Below are positions 18,406 through 29,540 of a stretch of 39,069 bases of DNA, piece after piece (position 1 is the first letter of the stretch; every line of letters starts with the position of its first letter). Below the pieces are notes generated by a model. It worked only from the letters and a program-made list of their open reading frames with translations, was not told the DNA's origin and did no database searches. The position numbers were made by a program, and so were the translations under genes. This stretch comes from a virus. Its lineage: Duplodnaviria; Caudoviricetes. The stretch lies in the IMG/VR virus record IMGVR_UViG_3300017766_002297, positions 1 through 39,069 of that record; one strand, given 5' to 3'.

Positions 18406-18988
18406 TTTAGACACAATTCCCGCCAAATTTTTCTTTCAAATACTTGAAACGAAAAACTATCAATTACTAAAACCTAAACCAAGCGAAAAGGATTTAGAAG
18501 CGGTTTTTATTGGTATTTATGATGAGTTCTTTTTAAAGTCGGATAATTTTGAGGCTAAACGATATTTAGAAGTAACAAAGGAAATAGCGTTTATTAACTA
18601 TAAAATATCATCGTTAAAGCAAAGTTTGCATTTCTACTTTTACAATCAGACCACAAAAGAAATGCGTGACGATTTTACAAAGGCGTTATTCGATGGTTAC
18701 GGGATTACAATTGATCCAAACTTACCTTTCATCGACGAAGTGCTACGAGTATTAAATATTGAAATAGGTATTTTGCAAAATGATTTATCTTTTTTGGAAT
18801 CAGAATTTAAACTAATGATTTCTAAAAGTAAAAAACAAGCGTTCGACTATGAAGAAAATGTAGTAGCTATGGAAGGTGTAATAGGTCGTTCAATTTCGGA
18901 CGGAATAATGCTAGATAAATATATTGCCTACGCTAAACAAAGCCAAAAAATAATTAGCAAACAAGAAGAAAATAAACGTAAGAAATAA
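18389..18988 (+). CDS. Tail assembly chaperone (putative)
   Basis: Helical protein upstream of the tape measure; synteny only. Confidence 0.45.
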   Translation: MPKFHSLDTIPAKFFFQILETKNYQLLKPKPSEKDLEAVFIGIYDEFFLKSDNFEAKRYLEVTKEIAFINYKISSLKQSLHFYFYNQTTKEMRDDFTKALFDGYGITIDPNLPFIDEVLRVLNIEIGILQNDLSFLESEFKLMISKSKKQAFDYEENVVAMEGVIGRSISDGIMLDKYIAYAKQSQKIISKQEENKRKK

Positions 18989-19701
18989 TGACAGGAATAT
19001 ATAAAATCACTAATCCATCGGGTAAAGTATACATAGGTCAAAGTATTAATATTGAAAAAAGATTTACTTCTTATAAAAAATTAAACTGCAAAAAACAACG
19101 TAGATTGTATAATTCTTTTTTAAAACATGGGGTTGAAAATCATTTATTTGAAGTTATCGAAATATGCGATATAAAGGACTTAAATATAAAAGAAAGAAAG
19201 TATCAGTTAATTTATGATACCATATCAAGAAGTGGTTTAAATTGTAAGCTCACAAACGAAAACGATTCAAACGGGATTTATTGCGAATCAACAAAAACAA
19301 AAATGAGTGAATCAGCTAAAGTAAAAGTATTTTCAGAAGCACATAGACAAAATATGTCTAAAAACAGAAAAGGCGACAAGAACGGAATGTTTGGTAAAAA
19401 ACAAAGTCAAGAAGCTAAAAATAAAATGTCAAAAGCCAAAGAAAATATGAGTGATGAAGTTATAAAAAAATATTCTGATTATGCTAAAAATAGAAGTCAA
19501 GAACATAGAGAAAAACTAAGTGAATCACATAAAGGTAAAGTTCCAGCAAATTCAAAAATAATTCTAAATGTAGAAACTGGCATTTATTACAATAGCATAA
19601 CAGAAGCATCAAAAACATTTCATAAGGGGCAAGGTTCAAGAACATTGTCTTGTAAGTTATTAGGAAAAAGAAAAAATAATACTAATTTTATTTATGCGTA
19701 A
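18988..19701 (+). CDS. GIY-YIG homing endonuclease with NUMOD3-type repeats
   Basis: MTGIYKITNPSGKVYIGQS; repeated S.E.K.KMS, N.MFGKK.S and HREKLSESHKGK. Confidence 0.93.
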   Translation: MTGIYKITNPSGKVYIGQSINIEKRFTSYKKLNCKKQRRLYNSFLKHGVENHLFEVIEICDIKDLNIKERKYQLIYDTISRSGLNCKLTNENDSNGIYCESTKTKMSESAKVKVFSEAHRQNMSKNRKGDKNGMFGKKQSQEAKNKMSKAKENMSDEVIKKYSDYAKNRSQEHREKLSESHKGKVPANSKIILNVETGIYYNSITEASKTFHKGQGSRTLSCKLLGKRKNNTNFIYA

Positions 19702-19703
19702 TT

Positions 19704-22391
19704 ATGGCAAATGAGTTCATTGAGTTCCTTTCCGATAGTGCTTTAGCCGAACTAAAAAAAGCCAACGCTGAGTTAGTTACAATGGTAGCTAACGTTGACA
19801 ATGTAGGTAAGAAAATGAAAAATATTTCTACTCCTAGCGGTTCGGATAGTGCTATTAAGTCATTAACGGAGCAGTATAAGCAACAAGAGGCGGTTATAGT
19901 TAAACTACAAACTCAAATACAAAAGTTAGTTGAAAAAAAGAATGTAGAAAATAACGCAATCGCTAAAACTATGCGTGCGTTAGAGAATGAAACCAAAAGC
20001 CGTCAAAGTTTAGACGCTCAAAGACAAAAAGCATTGACCGCACTTGATAAGGAAAACGCTAAATTAAAAGCATCAGAAAACGTATATAACAAAGTTCAAG
20101 CTAAATTAAATGCATTATCGAATGAGTACAAAGCACTTGCAACACGTAAAGAATTAGGCGCAAATTTAACCGATAAAGAAGCTAAAAGATACGATTTTCT
20201 ACAAGGCAAAATAACTAAATATGATGCTACTTTAAAAGCGGTTGATGCTACAATGGGTAAATATCAGCGTAATGTAGGTAATTATTCAAGTGCTTTCAAT
20301 CCGTTATCAAATTCTATTAATCAATTAACCCGTGAAATGCCAGCGTTTGCAAATAGCGTTCAAACGGGATTTATGGCAATATCTAACAACTTACCTATAT
20401 TTTTTGATGCTATACAAAGCGCAAATACAGAAATAAAGTTATTACGTGCAAACGGAGAAGCCACACCATCTTTATTTCAAAAATTAACTTCGTCGGTTCT
20501 TAGTTGGGGGACGGCTTTGAGTGTTGGCGTTACATTATTGACTGTATTTGGTGATGAAATTATAGACGCTATTTTTAATACAAAAGCAAAAGCAAAAGCC
20601 GATGAGGAAGCTAAAAAGAAAATAGAAGAAAAAAATAACGCTGAAAAAGAATACATTGAAACGATGCGTAATAGTGCGAGTGAAGAAATTTCACGCTCTC
20701 AAATATTATTTGCAAATGCCAAAAATGTAAATATGTCGATGGCTGACAGATTGAAAGCTATTAAGGAATTAAAAGAACGATACCCCGACTATTTAAAAGA
20801 ATTATCGAATGAGGCTATTTTAGCGGGAGAAACTGCCGACGCTGAAAATAAACTTAACGAGGCTTTAATGAAAAGGGGTATTGCCATCGCTTTACAAGGT
20901 AAGTTGACGGAAAAGTACAATGAATTAACCGCAGTGTTATTAGCGATTAACGAAACGCAAAATAAAGCCAATACTTTAACTAAAGAAGAAATGGCTTTAG
21001 CAAGTAAATTAGGCGTTTCAAATAAACAATTGATTAAAGACAAGGAAATGATTAATAATTTAGTTATTTCCAATGCAAACCGATCTAAAAAAGCAATTGA
21101 GGAAGAAATAGCTAAAATATTTGACCTTTATAATCAATACGCACCTTATTTGTCAGCAGTTAATGAAAGCACAGACGCAACCGATAAAAGCACTAAAAAA
21201 GACCGTGAGAAAATCGAAGCACTCGAACTACAAAAAGCAAAAGTAGATTCGTTAATCCGTTCCTTAGAGGAAGAAAAAGCATTGATTGAGGAGTTGCAAG
21301 TTGCTAACTCTAACAATTTGGAACAATGGAATATGTATCAAAAAGCTATTGACCAAGTTCAAACAAGCATTGATAATATTAAAAACGGCTACAAAGATTT
21401 ACACGATTCCGCTATGCTTGCTACTGATGCGTTTTTAGCAAATGAAAAAGCAATTGAAAGCGGGAAAGAAAAAGTTGAGGCATACAATCAAGCGGTTAGG
21501 GATTCGTTAGAGATATTTCAAAGTGAGTTTTTTAGCGATGCTGGTTTTCCTACATTATTCAAAGCATTAAACGACGATATATTAGGATTTGGAGAAAAAT
21601 TTGCAGTAACATTTAATACTATTACCGAAATTGCACAAGAAGCGTTCAACTACATTGCCGAACTATCAAACCAACGTTTTCAAGCGCAATATGATAATTT
21701 AGCAAAAGAAAAAGAAGTTGCTTTACAATTTGCGGGAGAAAGCGCAAGTGCAAGAGAAGAAGTAGAAAGACAATTTGAACAAAAACAAAAGGAAATCCGT
21801 AAGCGTGAATTTAAAGCTCAGAAACAAATGGCGTTATTCAATATTGCTATTAATGGAGCGCAAGCAATTATAGCGACTTTAGCACGTACACCATTACCAT
21901 TAGGGTTGCCGTTATTATTAGCTACAAGTGCGTTAACTGCAGTGCAATTAGGCGTAGTTGCAAGTCAAAAAGTCCCCGAATTTTGGAAAGGTACAGATAA
22001 TGCACCCGAAGGATTAGCGTTAACACAAGAGCGAGGCCGTGAAATTATCGCAGATAGTAAAGGAAATATAAAAAGTTTAGGTAGTGATAAAGGAGCAGAA
22101 CTAACGTACTTAAATAAAGGCGATAAGGTTTTTAACGCTGATAAAACAATGGAAATGCTTATGTTTGACAATTCATTGAATAATATGTTAAACAATAGCG
22201 GAATATCCATGCCAAATATCGAAGTTAACACGCCTAAAATAGATTTACAACCGCTAATAGATGCGATTAATAAAAAGGAAAGCGCAATATTAAACATTGA
22301 TAAAAGCGGTTTTAAAACATACCTACAAAACGGAAACGTTAAGAAAGAAATTGAAAACAAAAGATTTACATTCACGGGTACAAACGTATAA
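19704..22391 (+). CDS. Tape measure protein
   Basis: 895-aa Ala/Lys/Glu-rich coiled coil with QRNVGNY, hydrophobic segments and F.KGT...ERGRE C-terminus. Confidence 0.92.
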   Translation: MANEFIEFLSDSALAELKKANAELVTMVANVDNVGKKMKNISTPSGSDSAIKSLTEQYKQQEAVIVKLQTQIQKLVEKKNVENNAIAKTMRALENETKSRQSLDAQRQKALTALDKENAKLKASENVYNKVQAKLNALSNEYKALATRKELGANLTDKEAKRYDFLQGKITKYDATLKAVDATMGKYQRNVGNYSSAFNPLSNSINQLTREMPAFANSVQTGFMAISNNLPIFFDAIQSANTEIKLLRANGEATPSLFQKLTSSVLSWGTALSVGVTLLTVFGDEIIDAIFNTKAKAKADEEAKKKIEEKNNAEKEYIETMRNSASEEISRSQILFANAKNVNMSMADRLKAIKELKERYPDYLKELSNEAILAGETADAENKLNEALMKRGIAIALQGKLTEKYNELTAVLLAINETQNKANTLTKEEMALASKLGVSNKQLIKDKEMINNLVISNANRSKKAIEEEIAKIFDLYNQYAPYLSAVNESTDATDKSTKKDREKIEALELQKAKVDSLIRSLEEEKALIEELQVANSNNLEQWNMYQKAIDQVQTSIDNIKNGYKDLHDSAMLATDAFLANEKAIESGKEKVEAYNQAVRDSLEIFQSEFFSDAGFPTLFKALNDDILGFGEKFAVTFNTITEIAQEAFNYIAELSNQRFQAQYDNLAKEKEVALQFAGESASAREEVERQFEQKQKEIRKREFKAQKQMALFNIAINGAQAIIATLARTPLPLGLPLLLATSALTAVQLGVVASQKVPEFWKGTDNAPEGLALTQERGREIIADSKGNIKSLGSDKGAELTYLNKGDKVFNADKTMEMLMFDNSLNNMLNNSGISMPNIEVNTPKIDLQPLIDAINKKESAILNIDKSGFKTYLQNGNVKKEIENKRFTFTGTNV

Positions 22392-22393
22392 AT

Positions 22394-25072
22394 ATGAGTA
22401 ATCCATTAGATACAAATTCAATAAAACACGAAATACAAATACTTGACTTCAATGATGTTTGGTATCAAATAGCCGAACCCGTTGGTTTTGATGGTGCTGA
22501 ATTTGTTTTACTACAAAACTCACAAAGGTATTCCCGTGATATTGTAAAGTTCGCAGTTGATAAATTAAAATTTGTCGATGCTATTGGAATTGATACGGGA
22601 TTAACTCAACAAATAAACCCTTTTGGCGACACGTCAAACCGCTTAGATTATGGTTTAGGATGGTTGTTGCCTGTAATAAAAGAAAAAGGTTTTGAGGCAA
22701 AAGTATATTATAGAATTTCAGTAGATGGTTTAGTATTTAGAACTTTTCAGTTAGACTTTACAGATGATCCATTAACAGACGGCAAAACCTATGTAGAATG
22801 TAAACTAATCGACAATGAAAAGGTCGCAAACTTTAAACGTACTTTCGATTCAAAATTTAATGCATTTGCTGATAAAAATTGGAATGAGGAAACAATTACA
22901 CCAATAGAAACGTTTGATTATTTAAAACGCGCTTCAGTATTCAATGAAGAGGGCGAAATGAATCAGTTAAGTTATTTTAATAAGACCGTTGCGCAATGGG
23001 GTGGAGATGCGCACGTATTTCAACCGTGTTTAAATATCGTGAAAGCTGGTATTGAAAACGCCTTAACTTCTTTTTTAGATATTGAATACTTACCTGATAC
23101 TGCTGATGTCACATTGTCAAAACAATTGATTAATGATAGAACGGTAATAAAAGCAAAGAAACGTATTGTCAACTTGAAAATTAAAATTAGCGGTTTAATG
23201 GGGTCGTTTTTAACTACGGGATTTTTTACACGTAATCGTTTAAGAATTGCATACGGGAATATACCTATTGACGATTGGACAACTTTTGATTTATTTGAAA
23301 GCACTAATACAAGTTTTACATTTAATAATCTTACATACGAAGTAACCGTACCATTTTTAGAAGTCGGGCAACGTGTGTGGATTTTCTTTTCGTCTACAAA
23401 CGGAAACCCAACACAAGCAAGTACCCCAATTAGTAGTGTATCGCTAAATATTGCCGACACTATGAAAATTGAAATGACTGCAAACACACAAGGTTTTGAC
23501 CAAGTTATTAAGGCGTTTAGATGGATAGACTTAATAAAACAAGCTAGTAAATTCAATCAAAATATAAATGTAAATGCTGGTTTATTAGATGTTGGTGGTG
23601 TTCATTATAATAACGCTATTTTCAACAAACGAATGATGACGAGCCGAGTAGATAATTTCTTTATAACTCCAAAAGATGTATTTGAAAGTGTTTACGAGGT
23701 TAACAATGATTTTGAAGTATCTGAAAACGAAATATTTATAAACCATCAAAAAGAATTTTATCAAAATATTCAAATAGGCAGTTTTTTAGAAGTGCCGTCA
23801 ATCGAATACTCCGAGCCGTTAAATAAACGGGCGCAAGTAAATAGAATGAATTACGGATATAAAGTATTCGAGCAAGACCGAACGACTACTGGAACAAGTT
23901 TAAGCGTTCATACTGATATGGAGTTACGCATCAGGAACGAACAAGTTGAAAACGTAATTGATAGAAAAATATTGTTTAGCCGTGATGCGATGGCCTCACA
24001 AAAAGCTATTGAATTAGAAGTTACAAACCCAACTACAAATACAGAAGACGATAATAATTACTATATCGAAAATATGGTAGCATTACCGCCATCATCATTC
24101 GGGTTAATTACTGCTATTTTAGCGATGAGAGTAATTAACGGGCGTTTAGAAATACTAAACATTGATAGCGATGGGGATTTTACAAATATTGCTTTTACGT
24201 GGACAAATAGAGGTATTGGAGTTGGCCAAACCGTTTCTATTATTGTCGGGGCAAATTTAGGTAATTATACCGTTTTTGCAATCGAACCTAATAAAATAAC
24301 ATTAACGCCAATTGGATTTACACCATCGTTTAGCGGTGATGCATTCATACAATTAAGATTCTTTTATAGCGGTGTGGCTTTTCAAACAAGAACAGACCAA
24401 GGATTTTCATTGATTGAAAATATCAGTAATACTTTTTCAAACTTGTTTTACACAATCAAAAGAAACATTCAAAACTATTTTAGCGAACATTTAGCGATGG
24501 TATTGTTTTATTCTAAAAAAGATATAATAGTAGCAAAGCCACCGATTAACGCAGATTGTACAACACAATTAACAAGCGAAAGCGCACCCGTAATTGAAAG
24601 CGCACCTATTTTATATAGCGGTTTACTAAATCCATTAATAACACCCGTTACTTATAACGGTAATCTAATAGGTGAGTATAGCGATGTTGTGGCTTATTTG
24701 AACGCCTACAAAGTTAATAGAGGGTTTTTATTGGCAATAACACCTGAAAACGATGTTAGACGTGTTTACCCTCAAGAGTTCAAGTACAATATTTCGACAA
24801 ATGAAATAGAAATATTGCGGGGAGAGGTGCAATTTGAAACCGAAAACTTAATAATAACAGGCACTATCAGTAACCTATTTGTCAACGATGCACCTTATAA
24901 TTTATCAGGTGTAGCGGATTGGTGGAGATTCCAAAATGACTATTTACAGTTGTTTGATGAAAAAAGCCGACCATTAAGCGGAAAGTATAAATATAATTTA
25001 GTAATTTTGAACGGGGTAACATATTCGACTAAAGAAGAATTGGTTGCGCAATTAGTACTATTAAATGAATAA
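22394..25072 (+). CDS. Tail tip / hub protein
   Basis: 892-aa beta-rich protein right after the tape measure. Confidence 0.7.
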   Translation: MSNPLDTNSIKHEIQILDFNDVWYQIAEPVGFDGAEFVLLQNSQRYSRDIVKFAVDKLKFVDAIGIDTGLTQQINPFGDTSNRLDYGLGWLLPVIKEKGFEAKVYYRISVDGLVFRTFQLDFTDDPLTDGKTYVECKLIDNEKVANFKRTFDSKFNAFADKNWNEETITPIETFDYLKRASVFNEEGEMNQLSYFNKTVAQWGGDAHVFQPCLNIVKAGIENALTSFLDIEYLPDTADVTLSKQLINDRTVIKAKKRIVNLKIKISGLMGSFLTTGFFTRNRLRIAYGNIPIDDWTTFDLFESTNTSFTFNNLTYEVTVPFLEVGQRVWIFFSSTNGNPTQASTPISSVSLNIADTMKIEMTANTQGFDQVIKAFRWIDLIKQASKFNQNINVNAGLLDVGGVHYNNAIFNKRMMTSRVDNFFITPKDVFESVYEVNNDFEVSENEIFINHQKEFYQNIQIGSFLEVPSIEYSEPLNKRAQVNRMNYGYKVFEQDRTTTGTSLSVHTDMELRIRNEQVENVIDRKILFSRDAMASQKAIELEVTNPTTNTEDDNNYYIENMVALPPSSFGLITAILAMRVINGRLEILNIDSDGDFTNIAFTWTNRGIGVGQTVSIIVGANLGNYTVFAIEPNKITLTPIGFTPSFSGDAFIQLRFFYSGVAFQTRTDQGFSLIENISNTFSNLFYTIKRNIQNYFSEHLAMVLFYSKKDIIVAKPPINADCTTQLTSESAPVIESAPILYSGLLNPLITPVTYNGNLIGEYSDVVAYLNAYKVNRGFLLAITPENDVRRVYPQEFKYNISTNEIEILRGEVQFETENLIITGTISNLFVNDAPYNLSGVADWWRFQNDYLQLFDEKSRPLSGKYKYNLVILNGVTYSTKEELVAQLVLLNE

Positions 25073-26216
25073 CGACGTATCTTTTATAAAACTTTACAAA
25101 TCATTATCTGAAGCGGTTGCATCGGAAAATCCACTTGTTAGCGAAATAAACTATACGGGTTTCGTTCAACAATTACCAAACGAAACATTCTTACAGATCA
25201 GTTCAAGCGATGAAAGTATTTCATTTGTTGATGAATTTACAACCGATTTAGTAGATGGTTGTAATAATCTAATTGCAAATATTAATTATAACTTTTACGC
25301 TGAATTTCGAGTTGATAGTAATGGAATTACACAAATAGCGTTTGAATTTGGAATGATAGGTGTAGATTACGGTAGTACGGTTTTACATTTACGTTTAACC
25401 GATTCTACAAATGGTAATGTTTGGTTTTCAAGTCCGTTTTTAATCGCTAACAACAACAAAAAAATATCTACTCGTTTTGATTATTGGAGCGAAAGCAAAT
25501 TTAATAATATTTCTTACGATTTATTTGAGCGCAAACAAAGTGTACGCTTAAGTAATTGTTATGATAACACCGCAGTAAATAAACGGGACTTAAAGCAGTA
25601 TTTACAATCAAACGGTATGCAAGTAAGTTATAGAAGTGTAACGACTTATTTACGCCAATTCATACTTAATGCAATTGATTATTTTGTAAACGACAGATTA
25701 GAGGTATTATTTTCGCACCCGATTGTTTATGTTAACCGAGAGCGTTCAGATGTATCGGATTTTAAAGTTGATGAGCGAAAAGGCGATACAAATTGGTTTA
25801 GTGGCGAATTTGTAATTAATCCAAAACGTCAATATTTATTACCCGAATATCAAATATTTCAAGGATTAGAAATACTCACTTACATACCCGCAATAGATTC
25901 AATCCAAACAAGCGTTCCAACAATACAAGGATTTTTTAATAAACCCGTTACATTAGGAACGGGAACGATACAAATATTTAAAGATGGTGTTTTACTTGAA
26001 ACTTTTACCGAAGCGGATGTAGATTTAGTTACACCGTTAAACTTTAAAATTACAACCGCATACACCGACACGGGATTATATTCAGTCGTTATCAGTAGCG
26101 GTTTATTTTTAAGCGGGATTGAAACTATTGAAGTGGTTAATCCTAATTGGCAGTTTACGATTTCAACGGGTGAGTTTGACCCAGCAGATTTTGATAGTAC
26201 AGAATTTTTAACATAA
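25065..26216 (+). CDS. Minor tail protein with C-terminal Ig-like (Big_5-like) domain
   Basis: FNKPVTLGTGTIQI...YSVVISSG.F...WQFT pattern. Confidence 0.65.
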   Translation: MNNDVSFIKLYKSLSEAVASENPLVSEINYTGFVQQLPNETFLQISSSDESISFVDEFTTDLVDGCNNLIANINYNFYAEFRVDSNGITQIAFEFGMIGVDYGSTVLHLRLTDSTNGNVWFSSPFLIANNNKKISTRFDYWSESKFNNISYDLFERKQSVRLSNCYDNTAVNKRDLKQYLQSNGMQVSYRSVTTYLRQFILNAIDYFVNDRLEVLFSHPIVYVNRERSDVSDFKVDERKGDTNWFSGEFVINPKRQYLLPEYQIFQGLEILTYIPAIDSIQTSVPTIQGFFNKPVTLGTGTIQIFKDGVLLETFTEADVDLVTPLNFKITTAYTDTGLYSVVISSGLFLSGIETIEVVNPNWQFTISTGEFDPADFDSTEFLT

Positions 26217-26223
26217 CAATAAT

Positions 26224-26643
26224 ATGGCAACAAAAACAAATTTGATAAGTGCAGTAAATGGGTTTTTAACCGCAATAATTACGCAGTTGAAAGTACGTAA
26301 CGCACAATTGGAAGTAATAAACGAACTTTACTCAACACCCGTTACAGACGATTCAACAACGGAAACCTACACAACGCAAACAACGCCAACGGTAACCTAC
26401 GCAATACAAATCACAAAGCAAGGGCGTAGTGTACGTATAAATGGAAGTTTTAGCAATACTACGGGCGTAGCATTGCCAGCGGGAACGGAAATATTTGCTT
26501 TTAAAAATAACGAATATAAAGGAAGCACATCCGAATTTATAGGCGAAAACGTTATTTATACACCTTATAAATTAAATTCAAGAGGAAGTATACCGCCTTT
26601 TATTGCTACTAAATTTCAAATAATTATTAACGCTAACGACTAA
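26224..26643 (+). CDS. Minor tail / fibre-associated protein
   Basis: Thr-rich; KQGRSVRING beta pattern. Confidence 0.55.
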   Translation: MATKTNLISAVNGFLTAIITQLKVRNAQLEVINELYSTPVTDDSTTETYTTQTTPTVTYAIQITKQGRSVRINGSFSNTTGVALPAGTEIFAFKNNEYKGSTSEFIGENVIYTPYKLNSRGSIPPFIATKFQIIINAND

Positions 26644-26647
26644 TAAA

Positions 26648-27478
26648 ATGGCAAACGGAGTATTAGAAAATAATAGAATACCACAATATTGTAAAAATTT
26701 AGTTACTAAGTTTTGGCAGTTCAACGATAATTTTAGTTACAACACAGTAAGTGGCGGAAGTAACGGAGTAGCAAATAATAACCAAGAACGCGCCTACGAG
26801 GGCGACAAATCACTTTTAGTAACCTTTACGGGTGCTGGAGAGTATATTTTTAACACGGGCGGAACAGAAACAAATTTCGAAATTCCCCGTGATGGATGGT
26901 ATTTATTTAGCTTTGCTTTTTGGAAAGAAAATGTAAACGCAAGTGTTGATTATACAATACAAGTTTATGCAAACGGAGTAGCTGACGATGATAAATCGAT
27001 TGTACAAACTTTGCATAACACAAATGGTTTTGTTGACGGACAATGGAATACGTATTTTCAATTCATTTATTTTAACGAGGGCGATATTGTATCGGCAGAT
27101 TTTACTGTACAGACAAGTAATTGGAGCGGTACAAAAGTATATTTAGATGGTGTTATGGTAAATCTAAACGACCGAAATTTAACAATACCGCCTATTTATC
27201 AGAAACCCGAACCGACAATAATCGAAGTTGAAGCGATAATTGACTTAGGTAGTATTTCCGCTAATGGTTCGGTTGAATACGAAGTTACAATGCAAGGGGT
27301 TTTAGAGGGCGATTTTATTTGGCCGTCATACCCAATTGAATTAATCGATTTAGGATTAGTAGTAGCCGTTCCAACAGTAAGCGAGCCTAATAAAATTAAA
27401 TTCTTAGTACATAATAAATCGGGCGGTGCAATTAACCCAGCAAGTGGAAGTTATAAATTTTTAGCTTATAGACAATAA
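26648..27478 (+). CDS. Tail protein with carbohydrate-binding-like jelly roll
   Basis: AYEGDKSL...W...VYLDGV pattern typical of CBM-like domains. Confidence 0.55.
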   Translation: MANGVLENNRIPQYCKNLVTKFWQFNDNFSYNTVSGGSNGVANNNQERAYEGDKSLLVTFTGAGEYIFNTGGTETNFEIPRDGWYLFSFAFWKENVNASVDYTIQVYANGVADDDKSIVQTLHNTNGFVDGQWNTYFQFIYFNEGDIVSADFTVQTSNWSGTKVYLDGVMVNLNDRNLTIPPIYQKPEPTIIEVEAIIDLGSISANGSVEYEVTMQGVLEGDFIWPSYPIELIDLGLVVAVPTVSEPNKIKFLVHNKSGGAINPASGSYKFLAYRQ

Positions 27479-28737
27479 TGGGAATATTTAGAATACATAA
27501 ACAAGGCACACGCAATTTTTGGCACACTTTCGACACGAAAACAGACCAAGAATTTAGCGATTGGAATATTAACATTAACCATCAAGCGCAAACGATTATT
27601 TTAACAATGCCTAACGGTGCTACATTTCCACGTTTGGAAGTAGAAATAACCGATGTTAGAGTTAAAGTACTCACGGGATCGGATGAAACATTTGCAACTA
27701 CTGAATTATTACGTGCAAGGTTGGTTGAGATTGGGTATAATCCATTGGTCGCTACAAGTATTAGCGGTTCACAGAATTTGCAAGAGGTTTTGACTATTGG
27801 AGGACGTGGAATAAAAGAGATTGACACAACACTCGGGAATTACACCTTAGAAACAGAAGATAAAGCATTAGCACTTATTTTGGTAGGCGATACCGAGATT
27901 GATATAATTGTACCTACAACGGGGTTTGTTGATGGTGATACAATACCGATATACAATCCTAACGGAACTGCAAACGCTAATTTTGATATTACGGCCGTTG
28001 ATACATTTTCAGAGTTCAACCCTATTTTACCATCTTATAAAGCAGAATTAATTTGCGCTACGGTTGAATCAGTTATTGCGTGGGGTATAAGTTATGAGAG
28101 TAATGGGTTAGAGGGGGGTGGCGGTATTCCTGACGCTCCAAACGATGTAAACGCATACGTTAGAAGTGCTTTATCATGGGTTATTGGTTACACAAAATCA
28201 GCTATTGATACTTTATTGAATTTAAAAGCTAATTCAATATCCCCAACATTCACGGGAACACCACAAGCACCAACACCATCAGCAAACGATAATAGTACTA
28301 AAATTGCTACTACGGCTTATGTAGATGCTAAAAAAGACTACGCAAGCGTAACGTGTTGGCATTTAGCAAATACTTTTTCAGATAGTACAAGTTACTTTTT
28401 TGGAGTAATTAATCAAGTGGCCACAACCACAAGCGATTTAAGACGTAGATTTTACGCTCCTTTTACGGGACAAATTGTTACCGTTCACGCAATTACAAAT
28501 GCAACAACGCCAACAAGCGCACAAGACGTATCTTTGAAAATAAATAATTTAACGGCAGTTACAAGCGTAACGGTTGGAGCGATAAGATTTGATAATTCAG
28601 CGTTTGTTTTTAATTTTACGGGGTTATCTTTTGCAGTTTCTGAAAACGATGCTTTAGAATTTGAATTAGTAGTACCCGCATTAACAACTAACGGGACGGC
28701 CTGTACAACAACGTGCCAAGTAACATTTAAAAAATAA
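27478..28737 (+). CDS. Tail fibre / receptor-binding protein
   Basis: SPTFTGTPQAPTPSANDNSTKIATTAYV fibre motif, QNLQEVL..G, GGGG linker and DAP.D..AYVR. Confidence 0.8.
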   Translation: MGIFRIHKQGTRNFWHTFDTKTDQEFSDWNININHQAQTIILTMPNGATFPRLEVEITDVRVKVLTGSDETFATTELLRARLVEIGYNPLVATSISGSQNLQEVLTIGGRGIKEIDTTLGNYTLETEDKALALILVGDTEIDIIVPTTGFVDGDTIPIYNPNGTANANFDITAVDTFSEFNPILPSYKAELICATVESVIAWGISYESNGLEGGGGIPDAPNDVNAYVRSALSWVIGYTKSAIDTLLNLKANSISPTFTGTPQAPTPSANDNSTKIATTAYVDAKKDYASVTCWHLANTFSDSTSYFFGVINQVATTTSDLRRRFYAPFTGQIVTVHAITNATTPTSAQDVSLKINNLTAVTSVTVGAIRFDNSAFVFNFTGLSFAVSENDALEFELVVPALTTNGTACTTTCQVTFKK

Positions 28738-29540
28738 TGGAAATTCAACTAAACAATTTATCAGGTGCTTTTTACGGACTTGTAAACGAACCGACAACCG
28801 AAAACATAACCTTAGATTTAAGTAATTCCCAAATCGGGGGCTTGTCTTGTGTTTATCATAATCATTCAGTAGAACCAATTATAAGCGGTGCAAACGTTTT
28901 AAAAAGCGGAAAGTATAAAACTAATACTTTAAATCTTATTTGGTTAACCAAGTTAGATGGTAATAATGTTTTAGCAAGCTATCAAACTGCTACTTTATAC
29001 GTTCCACCAATTGAGCTAACTCCAATAACTTTTGTAAACGGCCCGAATAACCTTTTAACTAATCCGCAAAGCGGTCAATACTCTACTTCAACGGGTACAA
29101 CTTACAGTGCATACGGAAATTCGGATTTTAAAATACCAGCTAATCAACTATCTTATATTGAAGTTGATGTACCAAACGTAAATTTAAATAATGTAATGTT
29201 AGGTTTAGCGACTTCAAATGTGGCGGGTAATTGGACTCAAACGAAATTCAATTTTACAATATTTAGAAGTACTTCAGCTCCGAAATTTATCACTCATCAA
29301 AACGGGGTTTTAGTAAATTCAAATGCGGGGTCTTACTATTATGGTGGAAATTCAAAAGTAAGGTTTCAACGTGATGCGGATGGAACTTGTAAAATATTTA
29401 AATCCTTAAACGGGATTAATTTTGAATTAGCATATACTTATTCGGAGCAATATGCTGGCGAAATGTATTTCGTTATTTCCATCAATAACAATCAGGCTAT
29501 TTTAATCAATCCGAAAGGTTTTAATATTGTACCGAAATGA
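28737..29540 (+). CDS. Fibre-associated beta-sandwich protein
   Basis: Asn-rich beta protein coupled to the fibre gene. Confidence 0.5.
   Translation: MEIQLNNLSGAFYGLVNEPTTENITLDLSNSQIGGLSCVYHNHSVEPIISGANVLKSGKYKTNTLNLIWLTKLDGNNVLASYQTATLYVPPIELTPITFVNGPNNLLTNPQSGQYSTSTGTTYSAYGNSDFKIPANQLSYIEVDVPNVNLNNVMLGLATSNVAGNWTQTKFNFTIFRSTSAPKFITHQNGVLVNSNAGSYYYGGNSKVRFQRDADGTCKIFKSLNGINFELAYTYSEQYAGEMYFVISINNNQAILINPKGFNIVPK

Noticed and set aside
18988-19701. Group I intron around the GIY-YIG gene
   Set aside because: There is no flanking non-coding sequence and both neighbouring genes look intact.
22175-22195. dif-like half site (TAATATGTTAAA) for XerCD integration
   Set aside because: It lies inside the tape measure gene, has no convincing XerC arm and is expected by chance in AT-rich DNA.
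28113-28118. G6 tract in the fibre gene as a phase-variation site
   Set aside because: It is short and simply encodes part of a Gly linker.
26648-29540. Diversity-generating retroelement or invertible fibre cassette
   Set aside because: No reverse transcriptase, invertase or template/variable repeat pair was seen.
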